DNA of 59,827 bases from an uncultured bacterium (GCA_949295285.1 CASFKI010000018.1:1-59827), one strand, 5' to 3'; shown: positions 37,573 through 47,059, counted from the first letter of the stretch. The notes: generated by a model from the sequence alone, not told the origin. A program made the numbers and translations.

Positions 37573-39060
37573 TTATTGTTTTTTATCTTTCATATGAGGA
37601 AATAATAATACATCTCTTATTGAATCTTGTTCAGTAAATAACATACACATTCTATCAATACCATATCCAACCCCTCCAGCGGGTGGCATACCATATTCTA
37701 AAGCTTCAATAAAATCCATATCTATATCATTTGCCTCATCATTACCTAAATTTTTTTCTTTTAATTGCATTTCGAATCTTTCAAGTTGATCAATTGGATC
37801 ATTTAACTCGGTATATGCATTAGCAAATTCTTTTCCACCAATAAATAATTCGAATCTTTGTACAAATCTTGGATCGTTTGGGTCTTTTTTAGTAAGTGGA
37901 CTAATCTCTACTGGATGATTATATAAGAATGTTGGTTGAATTAAATGCTCTTCTACATATTTTTCAAAAAAAGCATTTATTATATGTCCAACTTCAAAAT
38001 GATCTTCTAATTCAATATTGTGCTCTTCAGCAAGTTTTTTTGCTTCATCTAATGACATAAGCTTACTGAAATCAATATCACAATATTTTTTTATAGCATC
38101 TATCATACTAATCTTTTCCCATTTATTTTCAAGATTAATTTCATATCCACACCAATTAAATACATATTTATTAAATACATTCTTAGCTATAGATTTAAAC
38201 ATACTTTCAGTCATTTCCATCATACCATCTAAATTTGAATATGCAAGATATGCTTCCATTAAAGTAAACTCTGGATTATGTTTAGTATCAACTCCTTCAT
38301 TTCTAAAAGCACGGCCTATCTCGTAAACAGCCTCAAGACCACCAACTAATAATCTTTTAAGCGGTAATTCCAGTGCTATTCTTAAATAAAATGGCATATC
38401 AAGAGCATTATGGTGTGTAATAAATGGTCTTGCACTAGCACCTGTCAATAACGGTTGTAAAACTGGTGTTTCAACTTCAACAAACCCACGATTATCCATA
38501 AATCTTTGTATTTCACGAATAATTTTGGGTCTAGTAAATGCAACATTTCTAACCTCATCATTCATTATCAAATCAACATAACGTCTTCTATATCTTTCTT
38601 CAATATCTGTAAGTCCATGAAATTTCTCAGGTAGTGGTTTTAATGCTTTAACTAAATGAGTATATTTTAAACATTTAATTGTCAACTCTCCTGTTTTAGT
38701 TTTCATAATCTTACCATGTATACCTACAATATCTCCAATATCAGCACTTTTAAATAAATTATAATCATCCTCGCCAATATCATTAATAGATATGTATATT
38801 TGTATCAAACCTGTTTTATCTTTTATTGAAAAGAATGATGCTTTACCCATCTTTCTAATAAACATTATTCTTCCTGCTACTGTAGCAGTATCTTGCATAT
38901 TTTCAAATGCCTCATGATCTACATTTTTATATTTTTCTTTTAAATCAATAGCATAATCTTTTTTATCAAATGCGCTGCCAAATGGATCTAATCCAAGTTC
39001 TTTTAATTTTTCTGCTTTGTTTCTTCTTACTAATTCTTGTTCACTATAAACTCTTTCCAT
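37573..39060 (-). CDS. lysS: Lysine--tRNA ligase (class II)
   Basis: OB-fold N-domain and class II motifs (...FRNEG..., GGVGYGIDR). 495 aa. Confidence 0.9.
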   Translation of the reverse strand: MERVYSEQELVRRNKAEKLKELGLDPFGSAFDKKDYAIDLKEKYKNVDHEAFENMQDTATVAGRIMFIRKMGKASFFSIKDKTGLIQIYISINDIGEDDYNLFKSADIGDIVGIHGKIMKTKTGELTIKCLKYTHLVKALKPLPEKFHGLTDIEERYRRRYVDLIMNDEVRNVAFTRPKIIREIQRFMDNRGFVEVETPVLQPLLTGASARPFITHHNALDMPFYLRIALELPLKRLLVGGLEAVYEIGRAFRNEGVDTKHNPEFTLMEAYLAYSNLDGMMEMTESMFKSIAKNVFNKYVFNWCGYEINLENKWEKISMIDAIKKYCDIDFSKLMSLDEAKKLAEEHNIELEDHFEVGHIINAFFEKYVEEHLIQPTFLYNHPVEISPLTKKDPNDPRFVQRFELFIGGKEFANAYTELNDPIDQLERFEMQLKEKNLGNDEANDIDMDFIEALEYGMPPAGGVGYGIDRMCMLFTEQDSIRDVLLFPHMKDKKQ

Positions 39061-39061
39061 A

Positions 39062-39523
39062 CTATTTTTCCTTTCTTAATTTAAAATTATAACCTACTTG
39101 ATTATTTAAATAATTTATAAATTTATCTACATAATCATAATTATTACTTTCACTATCTCGTAATTTTGTAATTGAAGATAAAATGTCTTCACCCACTTCT
39201 TCTAAATTTTCATCATAAATATTACAATCGTTTAATTGATTTTTAATATATTCAAATGCTATATTCATAGAATTTTTTATATTATATTTGCCTTCATCAA
39301 ATAAATTTTTAAAATTTTGTATATATTCTTGATACTTTTTCATATTAAAATTTGTTTTATTTTGAATAAATTCATCCATAGAACAATAATATATTATTTT
39401 TCTTAAATAAGAATTTATAATGTCTAATAGTTTGTCCTTCGTTACATTAATTACTTCAAAGTTATCTAAATTATCAAATTTGTTATTTTTTTTTCTAAAT
39501 TTATATATTAATGAATATGTCAT
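39062..39523 (-). CDS. Hypothetical protein (153 aa) between aspS and lysS
   Basis: GGTGA SD. Its stop lies 1 nt before the lysS ATG. No recognisable motif. Confidence 0.55.
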   Translation of the reverse strand: MTYSLIYKFRKKNNKFDNLDNFEVINVTKDKLLDIINSYLRKIIYYCSMDEFIQNKTNFNMKKYQEYIQNFKNLFDEGKYNIKNSMNIAFEYIKNQLNDCNIYDENLEEVGEDILSSITKLRDSESNNYDYVDKFINYLNNQVGYNFKLRKEK

Positions 39524-39534
39524 CTACTCACCAA

Positions 39535-41274
39535 TTATTCTCTTATTTTGATATGTGTTTCTCTTAATTGATATTCGAAAACTTCATTTGGACAACCCAT
39601 TAATGCATCAGATCCATTAGCAGCCATTGGAAATGCTACCATTTCTCTTATATTATCTTCATCTTTAAGTAACATCAAAATTCTATCAATTCCAGGAGCC
39701 ATTCCTGCATGTGGTGGAGCACCATATTGAAATGCTTGATATAATGATGGAAATTTACTCTCAACTACACTTTCATCATAGCCGGCTATCTCAAATGCTT
39801 TTTTCAATATAACTGGACTATAATTTCTTTCTCCTCCACTTGCCATTTCTAAACCATTACATACAAAATCATATTGGCATGCCACTATTTCATCCGGCTT
39901 TTTATTTAATAATGCATCAAGTCCACCATTTGGCATACTAAATGGATTATGAGTAAAATCATATTTATTTTCTTCCTCATTCCATTCATAAAATGGAAAA
40001 TCTACTATAATACAAAATTCATATTTATCTTTGTCAATTAAATTTAATTCATTACCTAATTTAATTCTAAGATTACCACATATTTTATCAAATTTATTTC
40101 CTTTTTTACCACATATTATAATAATAACATTTCCAACTCTTGCATTAAGATTATAAATTATATCACCAAGTTCCTCTTTACTCAATAATTTAGCTAAAGA
40201 TCCACTAATATTTTCATCTAATTTAATAAATCCAACACAATTTACAATATCATCTTTATATTCTTCTTCAAGTTTTTTAAACCATGAATTAGATTTATCA
40301 CATGATGCTAATTTCATTGCTTTAATTTCTTTTCCTTTAAATACCGGACTTTCATTATTTTTTAAAGTTTCAGTAATATTTACTATTTCAAAATTAATTC
40401 TTAAATCGGGTTTATCACTACCAAATTTTTCCATTGCCTCCTTATATGGAATTCTTCTAAATGGTATACTTGATACTGGCTTATTACCAAACTTTTTAAA
40501 TACATTATAAAATACTTTTTGGCCTACCTCAAATACATCCTCTTGATCTGCAAATGACATTTCAAAATCAAGTTGATAAAATTCTCCATATAATCTATCA
40601 CTTCTTGGATCCTCATCTCTAAAACAAGGAGCTATTTGAAAATACTTATCAAACCCACTACACATTAATAATTGTTTAAATATCTGTGGTGCTTGAGGAA
40701 GAGCATAAAACTTTCCTTTATATTTTCTACTTGGAATAATAAAATCTCTTGCTCCTTCTGGACTAGATGCTGTTATAATTGGCGTTTGTATTTCTGTAAA
40801 ATCCATACTTTTCATAGTATTTCTAATAAAATCTATAACTTCTGTTCTAAATCTTATTCCATCATGAACTTCTTTATTCCTTAAATCTAAATATCTATAT
40901 TTAAGTCTAGTTTCTTCACTTGAAGTTTTACTTGATTTTATCTCAAATGGTAATGTTTTATATACATCACCTAATACTTCTAAAGTTTTAATTTCAACTT
41001 CAATCTTACCAGTTTTCATATTATTATTAATCATATCAGACGTTCTTAATTTTACTATACCACTAACAGTAACAGTACTCTCACGATTAAGAGAAGAAAA
41101 ATTTTCTACATCATTAGATATAAGTTGTACTACTCCTTTTTCATCTCTTAAAGTAATAAAAACAAGTCCACCTAAATTACGAATATTTTCTATCCATCCT
41201 GCTAATTTAATTTCTTTTCCAACATAATTTTCATTAACATTTCCACAATATACACTTCTATATTTATTTGCCAC
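39535..41274 (-). CDS. aspS: Aspartate--tRNA ligase
   Basis: Bacterial-type AspRS with GAD insertion; QLDFEMSF and GMAPGIDR motifs. The real start is probably GTG 41274 after an AGGAAG SD. The track's TTG 41295 lies inside the terminator U-tract. Confidence 0.9.
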   Translation of the reverse strand: MANKYRSVYCGNVNENYVGKEIKLAGWIENIRNLGGLVFITLRDEKGVVQLISNDVENFSSLNRESTVTVSGIVKLRTSDMINNNMKTGKIEVEIKTLEVLGDVYKTLPFEIKSSKTSSEETRLKYRYLDLRNKEVHDGIRFRTEVIDFIRNTMKSMDFTEIQTPIITASSPEGARDFIIPSRKYKGKFYALPQAPQIFKQLLMCSGFDKYFQIAPCFRDEDPRSDRLYGEFYQLDFEMSFADQEDVFEVGQKVFYNVFKKFGNKPVSSIPFRRIPYKEAMEKFGSDKPDLRINFEIVNITETLKNNESPVFKGKEIKAMKLASCDKSNSWFKKLEEEYKDDIVNCVGFIKLDENISGSLAKLLSKEELGDIIYNLNARVGNVIIIICGKKGNKFDKICGNLRIKLGNELNLIDKDKYEFCIIVDFPFYEWNEEENKYDFTHNPFSMPNGGLDALLNKKPDEIVACQYDFVCNGLEMASGGERNYSPVILKKAFEIAGYDESVVESKFPSLYQAFQYGAPPHAGMAPGIDRILMLLKDEDNIREMVAFPMAANGSDALMGCPNEVFEYQLRETHIKIRE

Positions 41275-41292
41275 TTTATACTTCCTTTCTAA

Positions 41293-41458
41293 CAAAAAAA
41301 GAATCTAATGTAAGAGCGTATTTGTACGCTGTGCCATCTTACTTCATAGATTCAATGTTCTATCTTTTAATCATTAACGCAGAAATACGATTAAGCTCAG
41401 GGTTGTCACAATTATTTCAGTTATCATATAATAACCTACTAATCCCATCAATACCTAC
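41293..41458 (-). promoter_or_regulatory. T-box leader, Asp specifier (GAC)
   Basis: On the minus strand: AGUA, a specifier-loop-like cuGAAauaauuguGACa (GAC at 41407-41405 followed by A), T-box core AAGAUGGCACAGCG (41340-41327), and a long terminator helix (41353-41301) plus U7. Confidence 0.8.
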
Positions 41459-41464
41459 GATGAA

Positions 41465-41493
41465 ATTATATTATTTAATTTTAATTTTGTCAA
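41465..41493 (-). promoter_or_regulatory. Consensus sigma-A promoter of the Asp T-box operon
   Basis: On the minus strand: TTGACA (41493-41488), 17 nt, TATAAT (41470-41465). Confidence 0.65.
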
Positions 41494-41857
41494 TAGATAA
41501 CAAATATAATTATAATAATATTCATATATGAATATTTTTTTAACATTTCCTTATATTGGTTTGACTATTAAAAAAATTATCATAATATCACTATATTACA
41601 TAAATACATTTATAAATTCACAATTAAAATATACTAAAGTTTTTGCTTATAAAAGAAATTAAAAATATAAAACTTCCTATTTTATTAATTTAACTTTTAT
41701 TTAATATGGTTTAGCAATTTTTATTGTTTTACCATAATCATCAAGTAAATTTATTGAAAATTCACTTAATAATTTTCACACTTCAATTACAAGAGTATTT
41801 CTCAATATTATCATACATATCAAATATGTCTTAATACTGAAATAATATTTATATTTT

Positions 41858-43618
41858 TTATTTATCCATACTCCTTAAATATTCAGTTATGTTTTTTGCC
41901 ACTGAATATGGAACTATCTGTGATAAATCTTCTATACTAGCTGATTTTATTTTACTAACAGAGCCATATTTTTTAATCAATTTTTTCTTTCTTACCCCTC
42001 CTAAACCACTTATATTATCAAGAATACTTGAAATACTGCCTTTACTTCTTATTTCCTTATGATAATTGATGGTAAATCTATGAACCTCTTCATCTATTCT
42101 ACTTAATAATCTAAATACATTGGATTTTTTATCAATATTAATTGGAAGATATGTATCAGCATCAATAATAGCTTCTGGGCTATGATGATTATCTTTTTTA
42201 ACACCTATAATTTTTATATCTAAATTTAGATCATTTAATACACTTTTACACGCATTTATTTGATTAATACCACCATCTACTATTATTAAATCAGGTTTAG
42301 TTAATCCATCAGATAAAACTCTAAAATATCTTCTATATATTACTTCTTTCATAGAAGCAACATCATCATTCTTATCAAAACTTAATTTGAATTTTCTATA
42401 ATTTTTTCTTGATGGAACACCATCTATAAAGCAAACCATACCAGAAACACTAAAAGTACCAAACAAATTTGAATTATCAAATGCTTCAATAATGCTTAAT
42501 TTATCTAAATGTAATAAGTCTTTTAATTCATTATTTGCAATTGTAGTTAATTGTTCATTTGAATATATTAATTTAATTTCTTTTTCATAATATATTTTTG
42601 CATTATTATACGCCATATCAAACAATCTTTTTTTATTTCCTTTTTTAACATTTATTATTTTTGTTTCTAACACATCATTTAATAAATTAATATTTATCCC
42701 ATTTGGTACAATTATTTCTTTTGGCAATAAATTACTTTTTCTATAAAAAGAAACAATATAATACTCTAATGTGTCATTAACTTCATTTATTACTGGTATT
42801 ATTTTATTATTAATACCAACTAATTTACCATTTCTAATAAACATTATGACTATACTTACATAAGAATTATTATAATAATAATTAAATATATCTCTATTAG
42901 AATTATCTTTTAATTCCACATCCTGTTTACTAAATATTTGCTTAATATATTCCAAATCTAGTTTTAGATCATTACATACCTCAAAATTTAAATTATCTGA
43001 ATTTATTTTAATTTTTTCATTTATTTTATCAATTAATAACTTATCATTACCATTTAATATAGATAATATTTCTTCTTTCATGTCTCTAATTTCAACATCT
43101 TTATTTTCACAATATCCAAGACACTGTCCAATATGATAATAAAGGCATATTTTTTTAGGCATAATATCACATTTTTTTAATGGATATAATCTATTTAACA
43201 AATTAACTATTTTTCTTGCTGCTAATTGATTTGGATAAGGTCCAAAATAATTAGATTTTCTTTTATTAGCATTTATTTCTCTTTTAACTATTAATCTTGG
43301 ATATTTTTCATTTGTAAGTTCTATATATGGATAAGATTTATCATCTCTTAATAATATATTATATTTAGGATCATATTTCTTAATTAAATTCAATTCTAAC
43401 ACAAATGCTTCTGTTTCACTATCTGTAACTATATACTTAAAATAACTTATTTCACTAACCATTTTTTTAGTTTTCCCAGTTACTGTCGTTTTAAAATAAC
43501 TATGTAAACGATTAAATAGATTTTTAGCTTTTCCTACATATATAATAACATTATCACTATTATACATTTGATAACAACCAGGTTTTTTAGGTACTTCACT
43601 TAATTCTTTCTCTATCAT
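41858..43618 (-). CDS. uvrC: Excinuclease ABC subunit C
   Basis: GIY-YIG N-terminus (KPGCYQMYN...IYVGKAKNL), UvrBC domain, C-terminal HhH. Its own TGaTATAAT promoter and AAGGAG SD lie upstream. Confidence 0.9.
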   Translation of the reverse strand: MIEKELSEVPKKPGCYQMYNSDNVIIYVGKAKNLFNRLHSYFKTTVTGKTKKMVSEISYFKYIVTDSETEAFVLELNLIKKYDPKYNILLRDDKSYPYIELTNEKYPRLIVKREINANKRKSNYFGPYPNQLAARKIVNLLNRLYPLKKCDIMPKKICLYYHIGQCLGYCENKDVEIRDMKEEILSILNGNDKLLIDKINEKIKINSDNLNFEVCNDLKLDLEYIKQIFSKQDVELKDNSNRDIFNYYYNNSYVSIVIMFIRNGKLVGINNKIIPVINEVNDTLEYYIVSFYRKSNLLPKEIIVPNGININLLNDVLETKIINVKKGNKKRLFDMAYNNAKIYYEKEIKLIYSNEQLTTIANNELKDLLHLDKLSIIEAFDNSNLFGTFSVSGMVCFIDGVPSRKNYRKFKLSFDKNDDVASMKEVIYRRYFRVLSDGLTKPDLIIVDGGINQINACKSVLNDLNLDIKIIGVKKDNHHSPEAIIDADTYLPINIDKKSNVFRLLSRIDEEVHRFTINYHKEIRSKGSISSILDNISGLGGVRKKKLIKKYGSVSKIKSASIEDLSQIVPYSVAKNITEYLRSMDK

Positions 43619-43675
43619 ATCTGCTCCTTAGTTTATTACATTATATCATATATTAAAAATATAGTTATCAAATAA

Positions 43676-43918
43676 CTATATTTCATTTATCTTATCACTT
43701 AAATTTTTAATAAATAATGGGATTAATATTGATATTAATTCTTTATCTTTTACTTCTACTAAATGATTATCTTTTTTATAACAAACCATAGAATCTCTAG
43801 GATTATTAATATTAGATAATTGATAATAACATTTATTCATTCTCTCTACTTTAGAAGCTATAACATATTTCTTATTATTTTCTAATTTAACAACATCTAA
43901 AATATCTATATCATTCAT
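43676..43918 (-). CDS. Small soluble protein (80 aa), DUF1292-like
   Basis: GGAG SD inside the upstream gene's end. A hairpin plus U-tract overlaps its stop (43661-43680). Confidence 0.5.
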   Translation of the reverse strand: MNDIDILDVVKLENNKKYVIASKVERMNKCYYQLSNINNPRDSMVCYKKDNHLVEVKDKELISILIPLFIKNLSDKINEI

Positions 43919-43922
43919 TATT

Positions 43923-44138
43923 CTAACTCCTTTTTATTTTACTATTTTCCATAATACTAATATATAAACTACAACCAAATATAATATCTAATAATGATAT
44001 TATAAGTAATAAAATAGATTTAATTTCTATAAATGAATATAAATATTCTATAGCAAATAAAGATAATATTATGCATAATAATGTTTTGATTATTTTAATA
44101 ATTAATTGTAATAAATTCATACTCTTATAAATAATCAT
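43923..44138 (-). CDS. Small membrane protein (71 aa, 2 TM)
   Basis: GGGGG SD with 5-nt spacing. Two hydrophobic helices. Confidence 0.5.
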   Translation of the reverse strand: MIIYKSMNLLQLIIKIIKTLLCIILSLFAIEYLYSFIEIKSILLLIISLLDIIFGCSLYISIMENSKIKRS

Positions 44139-44161
44139 TTTAACCCCCTATTAAATGATAA

Positions 44162-44425
44162 TTATTTTTTTAATTTTTTTAATTCAATATTTATTTTTTC
44201 TATTACATCTTTAGTACCCATCATCGTAGAATATGTTTGACCTCCTGCTAAGAGTATTAAAGATGTAATTAATCCTTCAATAATATTCTTATCTTGTAAA
44301 GAAACAACACCTATTTCTAATCCTAGAATACTCCATATAATAGTACTAATTACTAATCTATGATATTTCAATTTATTTTTATATAGCATTTCTTCATATT
44401 TATATATTTCTTCAATTCTATTCAT
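44162..44425 (-). CDS. Small helix-2TM-helix protein, paralog A (about 87 aa)
   Basis: The ORF is open to 44440, but only ATG 44425 has an SD (GAGGT, 8 nt). Starts MNRIEEIYKYEEML and ends ...ELKKLKK. Confidence 0.55.
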   Translation of the reverse strand: MNRIEEIYKYEEMLYKNKLKYHRLVISTIIWSILGLEIGVVSLQDKNIIEGLITSLILLAGGQTYSTMMGTKDVIEKINIELKKLKK

Positions 44426-44448
44426 AATGTCATACCTCATATATATAA

Positions 44449-44727
44449 TTATTTTTTTAGTTCACGTAATTTTTCTTTATATTCTTTTATTATTTTTCTT
44501 CCATCTTGTACATATGAAAAATGTTTAAAACCACCATAAAATCCAATTATAGATAACAATGAAAATAATAATGAACTATTTCCATGCATAATTAAATTAA
44601 TTGATCCTGCACTAACACAAGAAAATATTAAAGATACTGTTGCATTTGATACTAATGTGGTTTTTTGTACACTTATCATATTTTTACAATATTCTATATC
44701 TTCAATTTTATGTTCATCATTTTTCAT
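44449..44727 (-). CDS. Small helix-2TM-helix protein, paralog B (92 aa)
   Basis: AGGAA SD. Overlaps paralog C by 11 nt. Contains KIEDIEYCKNM and ends ...KLRELKK. Confidence 0.55.
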   Translation of the reverse strand: MKNDEHKIEDIEYCKNMISVQKTTLVSNATVSLIFSCVSAGSINLIMHGNSSLLFSLLSIIGFYGGFKHFSYVQDGRKIIKEYKEKLRELKK

Positions 44728-45001
44728 ATTTATTTCCTATTATTTTTTTTATTCTTTCTTCACATTCACTTACTTTTTGAAAAGATTTTCCACTTTTAAA
44801 TGCAAAGTTACAGCCAATACTAGCACTAGTAATACTTGTCATATATTTTATCATTTCACTATCTATATTATAACAAATAGTTGAGGTTGCTAAAAATAGC
44901 AAACATAATGCTAATTCACATCTTCCATTAGCACTATGAATTGATTTAATCATTTTATATTTTTGTATTTCTAAAATATCATGCATCTTTTCATCAGCCA
45001 T
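44717..45001 (-). CDS. Small helix-2TM-helix protein, paralog C (94 aa)
   Basis: GGGAGG SD with 6-nt spacing and a consensus promoter upstream. Contains DILEIQKYKM and ends ...RIKKIIGNKYEK. Confidence 0.55.
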   Translation of the reverse strand: MADEKMHDILEIQKYKMIKSIHSANGRCELALCLLFLATSTICYNIDSEMIKYMTSITSASIGCNFAFKSGKSFQKVSECEERIKKIIGNKYEK

Positions 45002-45036
45002 AATAAACCTCCCTATTCATTCATAAAAACGAATAT

Positions 45037-45065
45037 ATTATACTATATACATATCAAATAGTCAA
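45037..45065 (-). promoter_or_regulatory. Consensus sigma-A promoter of the small-protein operon
   Basis: On the minus strand: TTGACT (45065-45060), 17 nt, TATAAT (45042-45037). Confidence 0.65.
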
Positions 45066-45081
45066 TTTTTTTAAAATAATA

Positions 45082-45110
45082 TTGAGAAATAACCTATTAT
45101 ACTATATAAT
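45082..45110 (+). promoter_or_regulatory. Sigma-A promoter placed for a leaderless transcript
   Basis: TTGAGA (45082-45087), 17 nt, TATAAT (45105-45110). ATG 45117 lies only 6 nt downstream and no SD is present. Confidence 0.5.
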
Positions 45111-45116
45111 CTAATT

Positions 45117-45467
45117 ATGAAAAAGTTAAGCAAAAGCTATATTGAAATTAAAAAATCTAAGTTTATCGGATTATTATATGAAATTAATTCATTGGAAGAA
45201 ATTAATGAATTATTGAATTCCTTAAAAAAAGAGCATAAAAAAGCAAAGCATATTGTTTATGCTTACAAACTAAATAATTTAGAAAAAAACTACTCTGATA
45301 AGGAACCAAGTGGTACTACTATAGGCCTTATAGATTTAATACATAGAAAAAATCTAAATAATAACATAATAATTGTTATACGTTATTTCGGTGGAATATT
45401 ACTTGGCAGTGGCCCACTTACAAGAGCATATACAAAAGTTGCTGCCAATTTATTCATAAAACAATGA
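45117..45467 (+). CDS. IMPACT/YigZ-family N-terminal domain protein (116 aa, no C-terminal domain)
   Basis: SKFIG...AKHIVYAYKL...SDKEPSGT...VIRYFGGILLGSGPLTRAY matches the UPF0029 core. Confidence 0.7.
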   Translation: MKKLSKSYIEIKKSKFIGLLYEINSLEEINELLNSLKKEHKKAKHIVYAYKLNNLEKNYSDKEPSGTTIGLIDLIHRKNLNNNIIIVIRYFGGILLGSGPLTRAYTKVAANLFIKQ

Positions 45468-45782
45468 TTTTAACACTTCTAGTGTTTTTTTTATTCCCTT
45501 ATTTATAATATTTTCAATAAAACTTCCAACATTATATCCTATGTTAGTAAAAGTATTTGAATAATCCACATAATTATCTATTATATAATCTTCAATTGAT
45601 ACATCTTTTCCTTCGTTAACATCATTTTCAAATTTTATTATTGCTTCTTGAGTGAGCCTAGTTTTAGTATATTTTTTATATTCATAATATCCTGCTTCTT
45701 TAGATAAATAAACTACTAAAAAAAATACAAAAGACAATACAAACATTTTAATAAAATAATTTTTAGATTTCTTTTTATTCAT
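45450..45782 (-). CDS. Small membrane-anchored protein (YqxA-like by position downstream of spoIIP)
   Basis: N-terminal TM helix FIKMFVLSFVFFLVVYL. Overlaps the spoIIP end. The B. subtilis spoIIP-yqxA arrangement is analogous. Confidence 0.45.
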   Translation of the reverse strand: MNKKKSKNYFIKMFVLSFVFFLVVYLSKEAGYYEYKKYTKTRLTQEAIIKFENDVNEGKDVSIEDYIIDNYVDYSNTFTNIGYNVGSFIENIINKGIKKTLEVLKSLFYE

Positions 45783-46683
45783 CAATCAACCCTTCATTTA
45801 TATATTCTTTTAATATATTAGCTATAATGAATAAAGTATTATTTACTTCTTCAATAGTATTATCTACACCGCCAACTTCTAAAAGTATTGCATTTTTTGA
45901 TATATCTTGATTAAAAATAACATTATTTCTTTCTAATATTCCCCTACTTATTCCATTAAAATTCTCATTCAATTTAGAATTAATATAATTTATAAATTTT
46001 AGATTATTATTATAATTCTTATTTTTTTTAGCAAGAACAAATAAAACTTTAGCATATTTTTTATTATCTTTTACATATAAAGTTTTATCATATTTAACAG
46101 AATCTCTATGTATATCAATAAAAATTTTAAAATTTTTATTTTCACTTGATTTATTCAAATAATATCTACTTGCCTCATAACTATCAGAATAGCCTAAATT
46201 GTTTTTCTTTAAATATTCAGAAATACTATTATTTTCTACATAAGAAGAAATATTTAAATTATTTAAATGATCTTTTAATATGTATGATGCAAACTTAACT
46301 GTTGGCTTAATAGAATAATCACTTATGAAAGGAAGATTATACCCCTCAGTATCATGTGTATTATAAATATATATAATCTCATCATCAGTATTTATTATAT
46401 TCGACACATTATTAGTTAATATATCATTTATTGGCTTATCTATTTCATAATTAATTAAACTATCATTTAAATCTACTATTTTGTTTAATGATGTATACAC
46501 CATCTTAGATAAAACATTGTAATTATTATTATAATTTTTAAATCTATTATTCAAACTATATGATAAAAAATCATTAAAATCTGTTTTTAAAATCAAAGCA
46601 AAATATGAATATAAAAATAGTGCAAAAACTATGCTTATAAATACTATTTTTAATATTCTATTTCTAAATATAAATCTTATCAT
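45775..46683 (-). CDS. spoIIP: Stage II sporulation protein P (SpoIIP-family amidase/endopeptidase)
   Basis: IYIYNTHDTEGY, IDIHRDS and LLEVGGVDNTIEE motifs plus an N-terminal TM helix. ATG 46683 is 6 nt after the GGAG SD. Confidence 0.75.
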   Translation of the reverse strand: MIRFIFRNRILKIVFISIVFALFLYSYFALILKTDFNDFLSYSLNNRFKNYNNNYNVLSKMVYTSLNKIVDLNDSLINYEIDKPINDILTNNVSNIINTDDEIIYIYNTHDTEGYNLPFISDYSIKPTVKFASYILKDHLNNLNISSYVENNSISEYLKKNNLGYSDSYEASRYYLNKSSENKNFKIFIDIHRDSVKYDKTLYVKDNKKYAKVLFVLAKKNKNYNNNLKFINYINSKLNENFNGISRGILERNNVIFNQDISKNAILLEVGGVDNTIEEVNNTLFIIANILKEYINEGLIDE

Positions 46684-46807
46684 AATCATCTCCTTATAAT
46701 AACTATATATAATAAAATATCAAAAAAATGTCGAAATACATGTTTAGGTTGTTGATTTTTTGCAATTTATTTGCTATCATTAAAGAAGTCTTAAGGGAGG
46801 TGGAATA

Positions 46808-47059
46808 ATGCCTAATATTAAAAGCGCTAAAAAAAGAGTATTAATTACAAAAAGAGAAACTATTGAAAATAATACAGTTAAACAATCAATGAAAACTGCA
46901 ATTAAAAAAGTAGAAAAAGCATTGACTAAAGAGGAAGCTGCTTCATTAGCTCTTTTAGCTAATAAAAAAATAGACTTAGCTACATCTAAAGGAGTAATTA
47001 AAGCAAATACTAGAGATAGATATAAAGCTAGATTAAATAAAATAGTAAATAATAAGTAG
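46808..47059 (+). CDS. rpsT: 30S ribosomal protein S20
   Basis: MPNIKSAKKRV... 83 aa, GGAGGTGG SD. Confidence 0.95.
   Translation: MPNIKSAKKRVLITKRETIENNTVKQSMKTAIKKVEKALTKEEAASLALLANKKIDLATSKGVIKANTRDRYKARLNKIVNNK

Noticed and set aside
38143-38151. DnaA-box-like ATATCCACA
   Set aside because: It is a single 8/9 match inside the lysS coding sequence with no cluster of boxes or AT-rich unwinding element context. It is not an origin.
41275-41295. TTG start that extends aspS to 41295, as in the ORF track
   Set aside because: That TTG lies inside the U-tract of the T-box terminator. GTG 41274 has an AGGAAG SD at proper spacing and gives a typical AspRS N-terminus.
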